Of a DNA stretch of 64,000 nt, positions 8,714 to 17,736 are shown piece by piece. Under the pieces are notes generated by a model. The model was not told the DNA's origin. It saw nothing but the letters and a program-made list of their open reading frames with translations, and did not search any database. The stretch is from Polyangiaceae bacterium (GTDB lineage: Bacteria; Myxococcota_A; Polyangia; Polyangiales; Polyangiaceae): NCBI GenBank assembly GCA_965222375.1, contig CBDCTZ010000013.1, positions 769,207 through 833,206 of the forward strand, written 5' to 3'. How positions within the stretch are numbered: position 1 is the first letter of the stretch; every line of letters starts with the position of its first letter. Made by a program: the position numbers and the translations under genes.

Positions 8714-9871
8714 TCAGAGTTCGCAGCAGGACTTGAGTGTCCGATACACACCGCCATCGTCAGTGTAGTAGACGTGGGTCACGTCAATCGCTAGGCCGCC
8801 CGTAGACTTCAGCTTCTTGGCGATGGCGGTGATGTTGCCGCCACTCAGGGGCGCCCGTGCCACGCGCCGAGCCGTGTTGCTGTTCCAATACACGTGGGTG
8901 GCATCCAGGGCGATGCGATCCGGTAAGATGGACGTGACGACAGGCATCACGGCTCCGGTGTTGTCCTGATTGCGTGACAGAACTTGCGTTAGATCCGTGA
9001 AGTAGACCTTGCTGCCTTGCAGAGTCACGTCTGCAGGCGCGGCGAGCCCCGTGGCGACCGGATCGCTGGCCTTGGAAGACAAGTTGTAGCGAATCACGTT
9101 CTTTCCAAAGGTGCGGTTGGACCACCACACATAGGTGCCATCCGACGCGACGCCCAGGGGATCACTGCCGGACGGTGAAAGCTTCTCGCTACTGCCACCC
9201 GCAGTCGCTACGCGGTACACTCCACCCGGGTAGGTCGTCCAGTACAAGTAGCCGCCCGCCAGAGCCATGCGCTGAGGCGTGGAACCGTCACTGCTCACCA
9301 GCGCGGTCACTTGACCGGTGACCTTGTTGACCTTGGACAGCGCGAGGCTTCCAGTTGCGACGTAGACGTGTGTGCCGTCCACGGCAATGGGCGATCGGAA
9401 GTCGCCGCTTGCAAGCGTCGCGGCCTTTCCGCCACCCTTGGGCACCTTTCCAACCCCGGGTACGGATACGTAGAAAACGTCTTGGCCGTCGACGACGAGG
9501 TCGAGGGCACTGAAGGCGTTGGGCAGAAGTTCCACGCCGCAGCTGGTGACGCAGCCACCCGCACCCGCCGAGCCGGCACTGCCACCGGAACCCGCGAGCC
9601 CACCGGAACCTGCCGCGCCCCCGGAGCCGGCCTGGGCGCCAGTTCCAGCAGCGCCTCCCGTGGCCCCGCCGACACCACCGGAACCACTCGAGCCGGAGGC
9701 GGCACCTTGCCCACCCGCGCCCGCGCCGCCACCTCCGCCAGAACCCGACGCGCCCGTGTCCAGCTGTCCAACGGGATCCCCTTCACACCCGAGACTCAAC
9801 GCAGAACTGAAGGTGCTGATGAGCACCCACTGGCAAAGCGCCGTTCGTCTGCTTCGGCGACGCGACGTCAT
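8714..9871 (-). CDS. Lipoprotein with Gly-rich linker and beta-propeller head
   Basis: LSLGC lipobox, GSGGAAG repeats, repeated blades VDGQDVFY, VDGTHVY, GGYLYW, DGTYVWW, LDATHVYW. Confidence 0.8.
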   Translation of the reverse strand: MTSRRRSRRTALCQWVLISTFSSALSLGCEGDPVGQLDTGASGSGGGGGAGAGGQGAASGSSGSGGVGGATGGAAGTGAQAGSGGAAGSGGLAGSGGSAGSAGAGGCVTSCGVELLPNAFSALDLVVDGQDVFYVSVPGVGKVPKGGGKAATLASGDFRSPIAVDGTHVYVATGSLALSKVNKVTGQVTALVSSDGSTPQRMALAGGYLYWTTYPGGVYRVATAGGSSEKLSPSGSDPLGVASDGTYVWWSNRTFGKNVIRYNLSSKASDPVATGLAAPADVTLQGSKVYFTDLTQVLSRNQDNTGAVMPVVTSILPDRIALDATHVYWNSNTARRVARAPLSGGNITAIAKKLKSTGGLAIDVTHVYYTDDGGVYRTLKSCCEL

Positions 9872-10248
9872 CTGCGCTTCTTCTTACTACCTGGCTTGGT
9901 CCGCAAGGCACTCTGTACCCGCGCGTGCAGGTCATCGGCTCGCGACTGACGCTGAGCGATGCGCTCTTCGATGGCGAAGTTCGCCTCGACGTCGTCAGCC
10001 AGTTCGTCGCCAGCAAGTCGCCCGACGGCGTGGAGCTGAGGCCCCAGGCGCTCACGCAGTCGTTCTCGGATCCCCTCGCGCACGAGATCCAGAGCAGCTT
10101 GCTTCGCCATCTTCTCCGCCTCGGAATAGAGCACTTGGCTCAGCTCCAGGTCCAAGAACTCGGTGTTGGCCGGACCCTTGTTACCGTCCTGGGGACCACT
10201 CGACCCACGTGCTCCGCCGCGCCCGTCCCCTTCCCTGCTTCCGCTCAT
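9868..10248 (-). CDS. Small helical hypothetical protein
   Basis: AGGAGG RBS before ATG 10248; ATGA overlap with the propeller lipoprotein; coiled-coil-like sequence. Confidence 0.7.
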   Translation of the reverse strand: MSGSREGDGRGGARGSSGPQDGNKGPANTEFLDLELSQVLYSEAEKMAKQAALDLVREGIRERLRERLGPQLHAVGRLAGDELADDVEANFAIEERIAQRQSRADDLHARVQSALRTKPGSKKKRR

Positions 10249-10388
10249 GCTTCCTCCTGAGGGCGGCAGTGTACGCGTGGATTGCCCGAGATGCCGACGG
10301 GGAGTCCGGAGGAAGAGCACCCGCCCTCGGCACCAGAGTTGCACGAGCGACAAAGAAGCGGGAAAATGACGCTCGGGAGGCTTGTGCC

Positions 10389-11444
10389 ATGCGCTACGCA
10401 ATTCTTTTTTTAGTCGTGTTCCTTTCCGCCTGCAGCGGGGAGTCCGAATCCGGGCTCAACGGCAGCGGGGGGTCGGATGCCGGCACCACTGGCGGCAGCG
10501 CGGGCAAAGCGGGCTCGGCCGGGGCGAGCGGCAATGCGGGTACCGGAGGTCATAGCGGTGGCGCGGGCACGGCAGGCACCGGAGGTCAGAGTGGCAGCGC
10601 GGGCCAGGGAGGCATTGCGGGGACCGCCGGAGCTGCTGGCGCAGCCGGCAAAGCGGGCGCGGGCGGCGCGGGTGGCGCGGCAACTTGCACCAACTGCGAT
10701 CACTCTTGCTGCGGCAACCGCTGCATCAATCTGGACAACGACATCAACAATTGCGGCAAATGCGGCAACAAGTGCCAGGGCAACAAGCCCTTTTGCGACA
10801 ACGGCCACTGCAAAGACAAGGCGCCTTGTGAGGGCGGCACCAAGTGCGGTGCGGTCGAAACTTGCTGCGGCAAGAAGTGTTGCACCTCGGAGCAAATCTG
10901 TTGCCGCGTGCCCGGGCCGGTGATCGGGCCGGACGGCAATCTGGGCTGTGTCAAACCCGTGGATGGCACTTGCCCCCGCGGCTGCAAGACCTGCGTGTGC
11001 AACGCGCCGGATACTCAGATCGCCACGCCCAGTGGCAATCGCGACATCTCGGATTTGCGCCAGGGCGACTGGGTCTACAGCGTGCACCAAGGCAAGGTCA
11101 CACCGGTGCGCATATCGCGCACTCATAGCGTGCCGTCCCCGAATCACTTCGTGATGCGGGTTCGACTAGCGACCGGCCAGGTTCTGCGTATCAGTCCGAG
11201 GCATCCCACGACCGATGGCCGGACCTTTGGCGATTTGCGCGCAGGTCAGCGCCTGGACGGCGTGGCCATCGAGTCGGTCGAGCTGATCGCCTACGAGGAG
11301 TCACACACCTACGACATCCTGCCCGAGTCGGACACGGGAGCGTACTTCGCCGGCGGCGTATTGATCGCGTCAACCCTGACCGGCACGCCGGAGCATGCTT
11401 TGCCGCTGACCGCCCCCTATAGCAGCGCTCCGGCGGCTCACTGA
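10389..11444 (+). CDS. Lipoprotein: Gly-rich linker, Cys-rich domain and C-terminal Hint autoprocessing domain
   Basis: LSAC lipobox; Cys-rich NNCGKCGNKC; Hint starts at C(10998)NAPDTQIATPSG..ISDLRQGDWV, with block B SPRHP, block F TYDI and end YFAGGVLIAST. Confidence 0.85.
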   Translation: MRYAILFLVVFLSACSGESESGLNGSGGSDAGTTGGSAGKAGSAGASGNAGTGGHSGGAGTAGTGGQSGSAGQGGIAGTAGAAGAAGKAGAGGAGGAATCTNCDHSCCGNRCINLDNDINNCGKCGNKCQGNKPFCDNGHCKDKAPCEGGTKCGAVETCCGKKCCTSEQICCRVPGPVIGPDGNLGCVKPVDGTCPRGCKTCVCNAPDTQIATPSGNRDISDLRQGDWVYSVHQGKVTPVRISRTHSVPSPNHFVMRVRLATGQVLRISPRHPTTDGRTFGDLRAGQRLDGVAIESVELIAYEESHTYDILPESDTGAYFAGGVLIASTLTGTPEHALPLTAPYSSAPAAH

Positions 11445-12769
11445 CAGCAGATGGTCACCGGGTTCGTCGGTGTGACGGACCCGGTCGTCTGGCCACCGGA
11501 AGCGGAACAGCTTCCGCCCACAGGCCCGGTCGTGGAGAAGCGGACGGAGCGTGATTCCGAATAGGGCGGCGACGGCGGCGTCGAGTCTGCGGGCAAGGGT
11601 GCGCAATCCCCCGGAGCATTCAAGGTCACCGTTTGGCTCTGACATGAAAAATCTGTGCCCAGCACGACGCTGCCCGAACACGAGGCGCCGGCGGGGCTAC
11701 TACAGCTGCAACCACTACAAGTGCGAGTGTCTGCGGCGCTCTGGTAGTACACGCGTCGTTTGTTGTAGGGCCCTGGCGGGCAGGCAAAGTCGCCATCTCG
11801 CGCGATGCACAAATTGGACAGGTACGGGGCTTTGGGCCGGGGCACACAGGCGCCGACGAAACAACCCGCACCCGTCTCCGGCGAGCCGCACGCCCGTGCC
11901 GTCTCTTTCCACGTCAGCGGAGGCACCACTGGCGGGCTATTGAAGCTAGGCACGCAAGCACCGCCTTGGGGGTCGGACTCAGCCCATGACACGCTGCGCG
12001 CCTGCAGTGAGGTGAGCAGGAACGCCTGACAAATGTTGGCGGGCACCGTGAGGGGCCCACTCAGTGTCCCGCAGCCAGAGTCCGGAGCAAACCTCAGTGC
12101 GGCAGTGGGGCAGACGACCCCTTGGGGCGAACTGCATTTGCAGCCCGAGCACATGGCGGGCAGCGCGTTCGGGCCAGCGTTGCCTTGCTCCGCCTGCTTC
12201 GGGTAACCGCCCGAGGCACCACACGCTGGCGGAGTGCCGCTGCCGACGGAAAGCGCCAGGGGCCCCTGCCAACCAAGCGGAGTTGGGGGGGCGCAGCGGT
12301 AGCCAGCAGTACAGTCGTTGTCGAGGCAGTCGACGAATCCGTCGTTGTCATCGTCGACGCCGTTGAGGCAGTCCTCGACCACGCCGCCGCCGGTTCCACC
12401 CTGGCCCGCAAAGCCAGCGAAGCCCGCTGCAGCGCCTTGCCCTGCGAAACCGGCGAAGCCTGCTGCGGCGCCTTGCCCTGCGAAACCGGCGAAGCCGGCG
12501 TTTCCAGCGAAGCCCGCAAAGCCCGCAAAGCCCGCGAAGCCGGCAAAACCGCCAGTGCCGGCAAAGCCAGACAGCCCGCCCGTGCCCGACAGCCCGCCAG
12601 TTCCGCCAGTGCCGCTGCTCGCGGAAAACCCGCCGCTACCCGCTGTGGCTCCGATCCCTCCGCTGCCGGCGTTGGTTTCGGAAATCTCGCCGATGTCTCG
12701 GGCACCACAGGACAGCGGACCGAACACCGCCAAAGCAGTCAGTGCCATAAGCAACGCCGTGCGCTTCAT
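11438..12769 (-). CDS. Cys-rich lipoprotein with AGF/Gly-rich linker
   Basis: Signal ending PLSC, (AGF)n linker, EDCLNGVDDDNDGFVDCLDNDC metal-binding-like motif, internally duplicated Cys-rich head. Confidence 0.8.
   Translation of the reverse strand: MKRTALLMALTALAVFGPLSCGARDIGEISETNAGSGGIGATAGSGGFSASSGTGGTGGLSGTGGLSGFAGTGGFAGFAGFAGFAGFAGNAGFAGFAGQGAAAGFAGFAGQGAAAGFAGFAGQGGTGGGVVEDCLNGVDDDNDGFVDCLDNDCTAGYRCAPPTPLGWQGPLALSVGSGTPPACGASGGYPKQAEQGNAGPNALPAMCSGCKCSSPQGVVCPTAALRFAPDSGCGTLSGPLTVPANICQAFLLTSLQARSVSWAESDPQGGACVPSFNSPPVVPPLTWKETARACGSPETGAGCFVGACVPRPKAPYLSNLCIARDGDFACPPGPYNKRRVYYQSAADTRTCSGCSCSSPAGASCSGSVVLGTDFSCQSQTVTLNAPGDCAPLPADSTPPSPPYSESRSVRFSTTGPVGGSCSASGGQTTGSVTPTNPVTICCQ
12398..12560 (-). 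repeat. In-frame 9-bp (AGF) and 36-bp (GQGAAAGFAGFA) tandem repeats
   Basis: GCAAAGCCC-type 9-mers and two near-identical 36-bp units in the linker-coding DNA. Confidence 0.75.
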
Positions 12770-12787
12770 GCCTCTGCGCACTCTAGC

Positions 12788-13381
12788 TCACACCGCCGCC
12801 GCTTGCACCCGGGCAGCGCGCGCGGCCCGCCGTCGCCGCCAAGCGCGCACGAACCAGACGCAGATCAAGGCGAGCATGAACAGGGCCAAGGGAGCGAATA
12901 CTAGGGTCAGCACAGCAACGAAGATGGCCGCCAGCGCCTCTAGGGTCGCCACGAGAAAGTTCGCCAGACCGCCTGTGGCCGCACTGCTCAAGGCGCGGGT
13001 GAAAACCGTTGCGGTTTGAGTCACTCCGGCCGCACCGCCACCTGCGATGATGGCCAACGTCCACTGCGCGACCGGGGGAAGCTCGGTGGTCACGCCCGCG
13101 GTGAGCAAGATCCCGGCAACGACGGCCAGAGGACTAGCCACGGCGTCAAGAGCATTGTCGACCCAGGGTACGTAGTAGGCGAGAAGCTCGATCAGACTCG
13201 CTGCGCCCAAAACGCCAATCGCGACCCAGCTCCCGATCCAATCCGGAGCAGCGTCCGTGACGGGCAGCTCCAGACGCACGGCCACGGCAAGTATGAGCGG
13301 CGGGACGAACACACGAAAGCCGCACGCGGCAGCAAGCCCGATACCGAGACAAACGCTGAGCACGATACTGAGCGCATCCAT
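12788..13381 (-). CDS. DUF4126 family membrane protein
   Basis: GIGLAAACGFRVFVP, ELLAYYVPWVDNALD, TATGG/ATGGLAN-type motif. Confidence 0.85.
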   Translation of the reverse strand: MDALSIVLSVCLGIGLAAACGFRVFVPPLILAVAVRLELPVTDAAPDWIGSWVAIGVLGAASLIELLAYYVPWVDNALDAVASPLAVVAGILLTAGVTTELPPVAQWTLAIIAGGGAAGVTQTATVFTRALSSAATGGLANFLVATLEALAAIFVAVLTLVFAPLALFMLALICVWFVRAWRRRRAARAARVQAAAV

Positions 13382-13514
13382 GGGACCACTTTGGCGGACT
13401 AGCGACGCGGGGTCAAAAAGCCGGCGCCGGTTGCTCGTGCCGAGAGCAGTTGACGTTCGACCCCCAAGCCGCCAAATGAAGTCATTGCCCGGTGCGTCCA
13501 AGGTTGAAATCGAC

Positions 13515-15008
13515 ATGTTCCACGTCCCACCCGCCCTTCACCGTCCCAACCGCCGAACTCTGCCAGCGCTCGGAGCGGCTGCGCTGGCGGCCGCCCTCGC
13601 TGGCTGTGGTGGGGCCCAACCGAAACAAGAGGTCGGCGCGCCGGCGGCAGCCGCCACTCCGGCGCCACCGAGGGCGGCCGCCCCCGAGAGCCCGGGCGGA
13701 CCGACACCAGCGACCGACGAACCCGTCGCCCCGCGCAAAGTGACCTTCGTAGAAAACGACTTTGCGGCGGCCGTCGCAAAGGCAAAGAAGGAAGACAAAG
13801 TCGTTCTGGTCGATGCCTGGGCGCCGTGGTGTCATACCTGCCTTTCGATGGACAACTTCGTCCTCAACCAGCCTGCCCTTGCCCGCTTCGAATCTCGGGT
13901 TGTGTTTGCGAAAGTCGACACGGACCGGGAACAGAACGCTGCATTCGTGAGCAAGTACGCCATGGACGTATGGCCCACGCTATTCGTGGTGGACCCGGAA
14001 AAAGGGGAACTGCTCGGCGTGTGGACCGGCGCTGCTTCTCTCCGGGAGCTGGAACAACTCCTGGACGAGTCTCTCCGCTTGCGCGACATGGCACGGCAAA
14101 AAAAGCTCGATCCCAACGCGCCCGTTGGGCTGCTGCTGAAGGCTCAGCGCGCCATGCTCGAAAGCAAGTACACGGTGGCCGCAGCGGCCTACGCCAAAGC
14201 CGTGAAAGGCTCGCCCAAGACCTGGCCACGCCGCAGCGAGGCGTTGTTCGGCTGGATCAAGAGTCTTCACCACGCTCGCCGGGCAAGGGAATGCACGCAA
14301 GTCGGCGCCAAGCATGCGAAGGAAGTCCGCGGCGCGGCGCTCCCAGGGGACTTCGGTCGGTATTGGTTTTCCTGCGCCAACGGGCTGCCGAATGCGCGCC
14401 AAAAGAAGCAGGTGCGGCAGGCTGCCATCGCGCACCTACGTCAGCTCGTCGAGCAGCCCTCCGCAGAATCGTCCACAGACGATATTGCAGACGCTTGGGA
14501 CATTCTAGCCGATGCCCTCAAAGATACCGGCGACAAGGCGGGCTTCAAGAAAGCGCACGAGCGCCGGCTGCTACTCCTCGAAGCAGCTGCAAAGGCCGCG
14601 CCTTCGCCCGCTGCTGCGGCCACCTTTGACTACGCACGCGCGGGCTCCTACGTCGTGCTCGGGCGCGCGCAAGAGGCCGTGGCCATGCTGGAGGCGCGAG
14701 TAAGGGAGCTTCCGAACAGCTACGAGCCACCCGCACGCCTGGCGTCCTTGCTACACAGAATGGGCAGGGACAAGCAGGCGCGGCCGGCGATCGACAAGGT
14801 ACTGAAGTTGGCCTACGGGCCGCGACGGATGCGCTACCTCGCGCTGAAGGCGGAGATCGAACACAAGCTGGGGAACAAGGCTGCGCGCATCGCGGCGTTG
14901 GAAGAAGAAGTTCGAGCCTGGAAGAAACTTCAGAAGCGGACTCGGATCGCACCCGCCGGCTTGGCAGCCGCGCAGGCGCGCCTCGCGAAGGCCAAAGTGG
15001 GCAGGTAA
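13515..15008 (+). CDS. Thioredoxin-family lipoprotein with TPR-like C-terminus
   Basis: LAGC lipobox, VLVDAWAPWCHTC (CxxC), cis-Pro WPT, helical repeats. Confidence 0.8.
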   Translation: MFHVPPALHRPNRRTLPALGAAALAAALAGCGGAQPKQEVGAPAAAATPAPPRAAAPESPGGPTPATDEPVAPRKVTFVENDFAAAVAKAKKEDKVVLVDAWAPWCHTCLSMDNFVLNQPALARFESRVVFAKVDTDREQNAAFVSKYAMDVWPTLFVVDPEKGELLGVWTGAASLRELEQLLDESLRLRDMARQKKLDPNAPVGLLLKAQRAMLESKYTVAAAAYAKAVKGSPKTWPRRSEALFGWIKSLHHARRARECTQVGAKHAKEVRGAALPGDFGRYWFSCANGLPNARQKKQVRQAAIAHLRQLVEQPSAESSTDDIADAWDILADALKDTGDKAGFKKAHERRLLLLEAAAKAAPSPAAAATFDYARAGSYVVLGRAQEAVAMLEARVRELPNSYEPPARLASLLHRMGRDKQARPAIDKVLKLAYGPRRMRYLALKAEIEHKLGNKAARIAALEEEVRAWKKLQKRTRIAPAGLAAAQARLAKAKVGR

Positions 15009-15018
15009 GGACGCAGCG

Positions 15019-15912
15019 TCAAAACGCGCCGCGAACGGTGGCGAATGCCCCACGGCTTTGCACGCTCACGTCCACCCACGCCGCGTCTTGCGCGGGCTTC
15101 TTCTTGCTGCCAGATGACGAAAGCCAGAGATAGGTGGCGACGCCAATGGAAGCGACGCCCACGCCCAGCGCGATGTCTCCGAGCAGCCGCTTCTGTTTGA
15201 TAGAATCCACGTCGTCTTGGGCACAACTCGGTGAACAACCGCTGCTCTCCAAATCGCTCTTGTCGCTCTCAGACGAAACCCAGAAGAACGCGGTCCCCGC
15301 GAGGGCAACGCCGCCAAGGCCGTACAGGATATAGGACGCAACCGGCACGGGCTTCTTTGCTGCATCCTTGGAGTCGAAGTCGAAACCGCCGTCCCCTTCC
15401 GCTTCGTCCCCGCTTCCGACGCCAGCTCCGTCGCTACCGAACTGGATTTCAATGACTTTGTTCTTCTGTCCGGCGCGAAGAATCACCTCTTGTTCGATCG
15501 GGTCTTCGCCTTCGAGCTCGAAGCGAAGTTGGTGGGTGCCGGGGTCGATCTCGATCCCTTTGGTGTCGAGCTTCTCGGCGGCAACCCCCCCATCGACGCT
15601 GACCTTGACATCGAGAGTTTCCTTGCCGGCTGCGTCCTTCGCCACGATCACGATCGACGGCAAGGCGGCGTTTACCTCATCCAGCCAGCTCAAACAGTCC
15701 TTCTTGACTGCGGACATGCACTCGTCACGGGCGCACACGATGAGCTTCTCGCGCGCTTCTTTCAGATCGCCGTCCCGCTTCATTTTCTGGGCGTCGACGT
15801 AGGCTGCCGCGCATTCCTTCTTAGCGTTGGCCTGCGCTGCCTTGGGGGTCAGTGCCACCCCGGCGAGGCAAAGCGCCACTACGGGCAAAGACTGCCCTCG
15901 AACTGCTTGCAT
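15019..15912 (-). CDS. Exported protein with Cys-containing helical N-domain, PEGA-like domain and C-terminal hydrophobic segments
   Basis: Signal peptide (AAQA); ECAAAY...LIVCARDEC...KDCLSWL; VKVSVDG...IEIDPGTHQLRFE; ends VRGAF; TAATG overlap with the kinase. Confidence 0.7.
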   Translation of the reverse strand: MQAVRGQSLPVVALCLAGVALTPKAAQANAKKECAAAYVDAQKMKRDGDLKEAREKLIVCARDECMSAVKKDCLSWLDEVNAALPSIVIVAKDAAGKETLDVKVSVDGGVAAEKLDTKGIEIDPGTHQLRFELEGEDPIEQEVILRAGQKNKVIEIQFGSDGAGVGSGDEAEGDGGFDFDSKDAAKKPVPVASYILYGLGGVALAGTAFFWVSSESDKSDLESSGCSPSCAQDDVDSIKQKRLLGDIALGVGVASIGVATYLWLSSSGSKKKPAQDAAWVDVSVQSRGAFATVRGAF

Positions 15913-17726
15913 TACATACACTCCGGTCGAACGTGCTTGATGCCGTTCTTGTCGATGAAGAAAGGACTGTCGCAATTCCCAGCGGGTTTGGTCTTCGGGC
16001 CGGGTTTGGTCTCTTTGGGTTTCCCTCTTGGCTTGGTCTTGGTCGTTTTGGCCGTGGCGGTCGACTTTGAACTCGGCTTGGTGGTGGGCTTGGCCGGGGG
16101 CGGCTCGACCTTAGCCACGGGTTCGGCCGTCGCCTCTGTGGGCGGGTCGGCGGGCTCCTCTGCCACGGGCACGGCCGTGGCCACGGGAGGGTCGGCGGGC
16201 ACAGCCGCCTGGATGGACGTTGCAGGGGGCGCGGCCTCCCCGGCAGCTCCTGCGCGTGGCTCTTCGCCCGGGCGATCACGTAGGGACAGCAACGCGGCCA
16301 GACCGATGAGCGTGATGAGCGCAGTGACTGCCACGACGATGGCGACCAACTTGGCCGGGGACTTGTTCGCGCCCCCCGCGGGAGGCGTGGTGGAAATGTG
16401 ACTCGGGGCAGGGGGTGCCGTGGCCGCCCAGGGTGCCGCGCCCGGCTCGGGCGCAAAGGCCGGGACTCCGCTCGCCGGCGCCGGGACGCCAGCCGCGGAC
16501 ACCGCGCTTGGCGAAGACACACCGCTCGGCGCAGACACTCCACTCGGCACCGAGACTACGCTCGGCGACGAGACTGCGCTGGGGCTCGAGGCTGCACTGG
16601 GTTGGCTCACTTGCGACGGACTCGTGATGAGCGATGGGCTCGTCACGTAGCTGATGCCGGAGCCGGTTTGCTCGTGCAGACCGTGAGTGGGCGGGGGCGG
16701 CGCACTCGCTGTCGCGACATTGGAGGCTGGAACCATGTGCACCGCACTAGTGCTCTCCATCTCGCGCACGCGCGCGGCTCGGGATGCCAAGGCTTGTTTG
16801 GCGATGGCCTGAACCCATTCGCCAACGAGCAGCGGCGACGCGACGCCCAGGGCGCGCTCCAGGTCGACTCCCATCTGTCGCGCCGTGTTGAAGCGATCAT
16901 TGGGATTCGACGCCAGGCCTTTCATCACGATGCCGTCGATTTTCTTCGGTAGGTGCGGCGCGATGGAGCTTGGCGGGGGAAAGCCGCCGCCGAGCACGTC
17001 CGCGAGCACCTGGGCTTCATTCGAGGTCTGGATCAGCCGACGGCCCGTCAGCCCCTCCCACAAAACCACGGCCGCAGAGTATATGTCCGTGCGTCGATCG
17101 ACGGGCTCCCCACGGACCTGCTCCGGCGCCATGTATGCCAGCTTGCCCTTCAGCTGGCCATCCCGCGTGGATTGCAGACGGCCGCTCGCTTTCGCCACGC
17201 CGAAGTCCAAAACCCGCGCGACACCGTCTATTCCAACCAGGAGGTTCTGGGGTGAGACATCGCGGTGCACGATACCCAGGGGATGCGCATGCTCGTTCGT
17301 GGCTTCATGGGCCGCGTGCAGACCGTGAAGCGCATTGACCAGAACACTTGAGATGATTCGAGGATCCGCGCGTTGATTGTCGGCACGCAACGCCTTGAGC
17401 AATCGAGACAAAGACTCACCCTGCACGTAGTCTAAGACGAGGAAGACCTCGCCCTCGAGGGCGACGACATCGAGGGTCGCCACCACGTTGGGGTGCTGGA
17501 TGCGCGCTGCCAGGCGGGCTTCGTCCAAGAACATGGACACGAACTCTGGGTCCCGAGCCAGGTGGGGGTGCAGCCGCTTGATGGCCACGGTTTTCGAAAA
17601 CCCGACCGGCCCGATCAGCCGACCCAGGTGCACCGTGGCCATACCGCCAGCGGCGATCTCGTCGAAAAGCGCGTAGCGCCCGAAAACCCTTTCCGGCTGC
17701 ACTTGCTGCATCATGGCCCCCGACAT
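15912..17726 (-). CDS. Membrane-anchored Hanks-type Ser/Thr protein kinase
   Basis: IAAGGMATV, VAIK, HRDVSPQN, DFG, YMAPE; Ser/Pro 6-aa repeats; TM helix; Pro-rich tail ending NCDSPFFIDKNGIKHVRPECM. Confidence 0.95.
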   Translation of the reverse strand: MSGAMMQQVQPERVFGRYALFDEIAAGGMATVHLGRLIGPVGFSKTVAIKRLHPHLARDPEFVSMFLDEARLAARIQHPNVVATLDVVALEGEVFLVLDYVQGESLSRLLKALRADNQRADPRIISSVLVNALHGLHAAHEATNEHAHPLGIVHRDVSPQNLLVGIDGVARVLDFGVAKASGRLQSTRDGQLKGKLAYMAPEQVRGEPVDRRTDIYSAAVVLWEGLTGRRLIQTSNEAQVLADVLGGGFPPPSSIAPHLPKKIDGIVMKGLASNPNDRFNTARQMGVDLERALGVASPLLVGEWVQAIAKQALASRAARVREMESTSAVHMVPASNVATASAPPPPTHGLHEQTGSGISYVTSPSLITSPSQVSQPSAASSPSAVSSPSVVSVPSGVSAPSGVSSPSAVSAAGVPAPASGVPAFAPEPGAAPWAATAPPAPSHISTTPPAGGANKSPAKLVAIVVAVTALITLIGLAALLSLRDRPGEEPRAGAAGEAAPPATSIQAAVPADPPVATAVPVAEEPADPPTEATAEPVAKVEPPPAKPTTKPSSKSTATAKTTKTKPRGKPKETKPGPKTKPAGNCDSPFFIDKNGIKHVRPECM

Positions 17727-17736
17727 CAGCCTGTAA

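Noticed and set aside
10998..11444. Splicing intein or polymorphic toxin
   Set aside because: No terminal His-Asn, only a ~20-aa tail, and no toxin domain or immunity gene
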